Assembly (NCBI GenBank): GCA_013239625.1 | Contig: MU054323.1 | Location: forward strand, 19,737,082-19,801,081 | Direction of reading: 5' to 3' | Source: Lama guanicoe | Lineage: Eukaryota | DNA: 64,000 nt | Part shown: positions 59,601-64,000 of the stretch, one piece after another | Layout of the letters: every line of letters starts with the position of its first letter | Position numbering within the stretch: the stretch's first letter is position 1 | Translations under genes and position numbers: made by a program | Notes under the pieces: model-generated | Seen by the model: only the letters and a program-made list of their open reading frames with translations | What the model was told of the DNA's origin: nothing | Database searches by the model: none

Positions 59601-60779
59601 TAACGCTGAGATGTTTGAGCACAGGGTCTGTATTTAGGCTTGTTTATCACTATCTGGCAAAGAATAGCGGCTCAATGTAGGATGCATGGATGGAGGGATG
59701 GACGGATAATGGGGGCTTTACAGAGTTTCTGGAGTGGAACTGGGCCAACGCTGTCTCCCCACCTCTCTTATCGATGGATCAAATTTGTGAAGTGATTTGC
59801 TAGACTAAAGGCCCATTCGATGCTCTTTGCTGGGTCTACTGTTAGGGCATACTCTGTGGCTACTTTGGGATCTCAGTCTGTGGTCAGAGGTAGGAGCCAG
59901 CTTATAATCAGAGAGAGAATCAGTCTGGGCCTAGTGCAGAGGATCAGTCTGGACGTGGGAGGAAGAGAATACTTCTCTGCCCAGCTGACTTGCAGTTTGA
60001 ATAGAGAATGGACTGTTCTCAAGCCAGAGAGCGTTGTTCCTGAGCATACAGAAGTGGAAAGATGAGTGTGCGAGTAACTGGATGTTGTGGGATGGTCCAG
60101 GCCAGAGCGCCCTGGGAATGAGGGCAAAAGGATGCACCCACTAAGTGAGCACTGTGTCCTGCTGTGAGCCCCACACACGTGTGAGTGCACACTGTGTGCA
60201 GCACATGTGTGTGTGCGGTGTGTGCGGTGGGGCGACAGGGGCTGGGTAGGGAGTGAGAGAGACAAGCACACACCTGTAATAACATTGGCTTCAGACGCGA
60301 GGAGAAAAGAAATTCCCCCAACTGTTTCATCAGAGCCGAAGTTACCAAATTACGTTGTTGTTTTAAATTTGAGCTTCTCTGCCTGCAAACGGGGGGATCT
60401 CAGGTTCACGAGCTTAATGCTTGGCTGGGCCTGGAGCTCCACTTCCCCACCCAACCCCGGGCTCCCAGGGCTCCCAGGCCTGATGAACAAAAGTCTTCTC
60501 TCCCAGGGCTTTGAAGTGGAAACACTAACTGCTCCCTTTAATTAGAAAGAAACCCCCTATTGTTCCTGCTTTATTACTGATGGATGAAGATGTGTGTGTG
60601 TGTAGGGGGGTGGATTCTAAAGAGCAGGAGTGGAATGGGGGAGGAGTGGAGGGGACACGAAATCTCTATTTAAAATAAAAAATCTCCACATTCAGTCTCC
60701 ATGCCCTAAACCAGATCTCTTTGTCCACCCAATCAACCAAGATTTTCCAGGGCAACTAGCCTTTGATGAGATGTTATAG

Positions 60780-61560
60780 CAAAGATGAAGAACAGGGTTC
60801 CAGCCCTCCAAGAATTTATAATCTAGACAAGGGAGACAGGGCATGGGGATAAGAAATGAAAGCTAATCGATACTAAATCAGTACTGCCAATACCAGCAAG
60901 AATTTAGGATATGTAGGGCAGGGCAAGAGTCCCATAAGACAACCTCCTAAGAAAATTTGGGGGAGTGGTAGCTAGGGACCTGGGCCAGATGCTTCAGACT
61001 GAAGAGAACTGACAGAGAGTCTAGGAGAGGGTGTTCCCAAGGCAAGGTTCATGGCCTGTGCAAAGGCACAGAAGGAGGAATGGGCACTGTGTCTTCAGAG
61101 GACAGTCAGGAAACAGGTCTGGTTGTAAAGGAGGATGCAGGCAGAGGAAATCAAGTTGCATGGAGCAGATATAGCAGAGGAGTAGGAGACTTTGAAAGCA
61201 AAGAGAGGGCAATGTTCTTGATGAGATAATTAGGGAGCCACTGGGCCTTCCTGAGCAGTGGAGTGAATTGATAAGAGGTGGCCCTTGAAGAGATGAATCT
61301 GGCTCCCCTGCGCAGGACGGCATGGAGGAAAGGAAGAGGAAGGTGAGGAGACCAGCTGAGGCGCTCCTAGGGAAACCCAGGTAATGATAGCTTAGACTAC
61401 AGCGTTGGCAGAGGGACCAGGAAAGAAAAGGTGAGTCGGGGATAGATTTCAAAGGAGGAAACAAGACGAGCTGACAGAATAGATATAAGGAGATACAAGA
61501 GTGGGAAGAGTCAAAGAGACCTCCAGGACCTCCAGTCTGGGAGACTAGGGGATGCTGGAG
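60780..61560 (-). mobile_element. L2 fragment
   Basis: CCAGCCCTCCAAGAATTTATAATCTAG...GTGCAAAGGCACAGA...GGGAGCCACTGG...GAAGAGTCAAAGAGACCTCCAGG. Confidence 0.75.
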
Positions 61561-61749
61561 GAGGGAAGCGGGTAGAGCCCTCCAGGGGAAGTGAGGAACC
61601 AGAGGAGTTAATAAACGAAGCCCCCGAAAAGCTTTCTTCTCCCTTCCAAAGATATCCTGAACTCAGTACTCAGAGGACAGTAACTCCACGGCAGGAAAGC
61701 TTTGTTCCCTGGGACAGAAAGCACCATTAGTGAAAACATCTATTTTTCA

Positions 61750-61935
61750 TGCACTTCAAAGTGATGCGCACCTGTGCCTCATTAGCTCCTCAAAACAACC
61801 ACAACAGCTATCATTATCCCCATCTTGCAGATGAAAAAACTGAGTCTCAGAAAAAACTGAGAAACTTGCTCTAGGTACACAACTAGTTAAGGGCAGAGCA
61901 GGGAGCAGAAGCCTTCTTTCAGCTCAGAACCCCTC
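61750..61935 (-). mobile_element. MIR SINE
   Basis: CCTCAAAACAACC..ATCATTATCCCCATCTTGCAGATGAAAAAACTGAGTCTCAGA. Confidence 0.88.
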
Positions 61936-63439
61936 CCACTGCTGGCTGGCAGCCCCAGGGAGGGGAAGGGGCTGGAGCTGCATGTGCCCTGAGTCACCGG
62001 GGCCACGAAGGCTGAGGCTCAGAGAGAAGGTCCGCCCTGGACTTCAACCGCACCTCCAGCCTGCCCCTCACACTCACATAGGGCGTAAGTCGGGAGCCAA
62101 GGGCTGGAAACGCCAAGTCTAATCAGACCTCACAAGCCCACAGATGGTTTGAATCAGCGTGCTACCTTGATAGGAATAATGAGGAGTCCCGAAGACAGTG
62201 TTATGCCAGCTTCATCCGTCTGGACAGAGAACCTCATCTTCCACAAGAATTACGCCACCCCAGGTCCCATCGCCGTCCGAAGCTGGGCAAATCCTTCGTG
62301 GGGAAGTCCCCTGGTCCCACATCACACCTGCTCCCCAGCCCCCACCAGCACAACCTCCCATGGATCTTCCAAAATCTCTGGCCCCAGGTTCTGATTTGAC
62401 AAACTCTGACTTCCTATGCCTTTCTTGAGGCTGAGAGTAGTTCCTAGGGAGAAATGGGGGACCACGGGTTACACAGCCTGGGCGAGCATTGTGAGGTGGG
62501 GTAGATGGGCCTGGATCCAGACAAATGTAGAACCAGACAAATGTCCCACCCACTTCCTGGCAGAATGAGTGTCCTCAGTTTCATTGTTTCATTCATTCAA
62601 CATGACATATATCACCATGACATTTCCTTTGATAGGACACCTGACCTAGGGCACCCAAATCTCATAAAACCTGGGGTTAGTCAATCTAGAAAGTCACAGA
62701 GTCCCAGGACCAAAACCAGACCTACGATTTAGAAAAATCTCGCCTCTAACTGGGGGAGCCCTTTGGAGCCTCAACCACAGACTGACAGCAGTGGCCCTTC
62801 CCTAGGGAAAGCCCTGGGATCTCAAACCCCCATGGGTGGCCCTGTAGCAGGGGCCTGCTTTAATAAAAAATTGGCCCTGCCCTACCCCCTTGCCTAGCAA
62901 AACTTAATTTGAAGCTTAAAAAACAATGAAGTTAATTTTTAAAAACCTTTCATTGAGTTCCATGAGACCCCTATTAATTTTATTGTTTCAATAAAGTATT
63001 TATTTAATTGTCTCCAGAAGGGCCCTGTTAAATGCACAGATTACCTGAGTCAGAAGGGAGGGAGCTGGGAGCCTTTTTTCACCCTCTCCCATTAGCACAT
63101 TAGCAGAATTCTATTATTGGATTAGCTGATTGTCACCTTAAAAGTCATAAGTAGGGCCCTAAGGGAGAGACCCAAGGCAGGTAAATTCCTGGGAAGCAGT
63201 TCAGGTCACAGGAAGCAGAAAGCCAGGCTGATGATAAAGAGGCTGGGTTTGGTTAAGACAGAAGGAGACAATTCCTTTCTGCTAATAAGAAAACATTTGT
63301 TATTTAGCCTCTAGCACGAGGCTGATATCCCTGAAAAACATCAGAGGACGAGCACATTACTAAAGGTATGGTGTCCAAACCACAGGAGGGGAAGTTGGCA
63401 TAAGATCTCTGGAATGTTATGTTGAATTGTCCACAGTTG

Positions 63440-63776
63440 TTTAGTACTGAGTACCTGCTGGATGCTGCCACTACTGGGAAATCCGAGCAAAGAGCGGTGA
63501 ACAAAACAAAGACCCCGATCTCATGATGCTTACAGTCTAAAGAGGGGAGAGACTGACAACAAAAAAGTAAAAATACAACAGATGTATCAAGATATTTTCA
63601 GACAACAACAAATGCTCTGTGGACAGAGTAATGTGGCAGAGAGTGGTTAGAGGAGGACTGTCATGAAATGAGATGACATTTTAACCAAGACTTGAATGTA
63701 TGGAGAAGGAGCCACAGGAGGGTGTGAGGGAAGAGCTTTCCTGGAAGAGGGAACAGCAAGTGCAAAGGTCCTGGGG
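63440..63776 (-). mobile_element. L2a 3' region
   Basis: TACTGAGTACCTGCT..GCGGTGAACAAAACAAAGACCC..CTCATGATGCTTACAGTCTA...GAGGGAACAGCAAGTGCAAAGGTCCTG. Confidence 0.88.
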
Positions 63777-64000
63777 CCCCATTTTGAGAGGAACATTATC
63801 AAACGACTAAGTAACTAGAGGAGCATAATCTGGGAGAGGCCCGGAGATTCTCATACACCAAGAATATTTCAAGAAATACCTCAGGACAGAGGCTCATCCT
63901 TCATGTTTGTGCCCCTGGTTATTTGCTTGACATCTAACACAGAGAACGGGTGGTCAATAAATGTAAGATTGAAAGGAGGGAAGGAAGGAGAGGAAGGGGG

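Noticed and set aside
1..64000. CRISPR array, prokaryotic operon or defence system, miRNA/snoRNA, CTCF or REST sites
   Set aside because: The sequence is mammalian. No regularly spaced repeat-spacer array, no recognisable RNA-gene hairpin, and only partial matches to CTCF/REST consensus.

Overview
Non-coding mammalian genomic DNA, most likely from a camelid (camel, alpaca or llama). The evidence is six near-complete copies and one remnant of a tRNA-Ala(AGC)-derived SINE resembling the camelid vic-1 family, plus artiodactyl-type L1 3' ends. I found no credible host protein-coding exon, RNA gene or CRISPR array. The only ORFs with recognisable homology are transposon fossils: the L1 ORF2 C-terminus at about 27.7-29.5 kb and a CR1/L3 reverse-transcriptase remnant at about 22.6-23.7 kb. 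Much of the window is interspersed repeats (MIR, L2, L3, old and young L1, MaLR/ERVL/ERV1 LTRs, hAT MITEs), often nested with readable target-site duplications (TSDs). Between them lie about ten repeat-free blocks dense in homeodomain, TALE, FOX and TCF-type motifs. These look like the enhancer landscape of a gene desert or large intron near a developmental regulator; this is inference and the locus was not identified. Structural oddities are two near-perfect tandem duplications each joined by one non-templated A, a 58-bp near-identical segment copied 2.3 kb into the homologous site of an oppositely oriented L1, and a 205-nt N gap with CpG-rich flanks. I cannot support a claim of a new biological system here. 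Repeat family names come from my recollection of consensus sequences, and boundaries are approximate unless a TSD is quoted.
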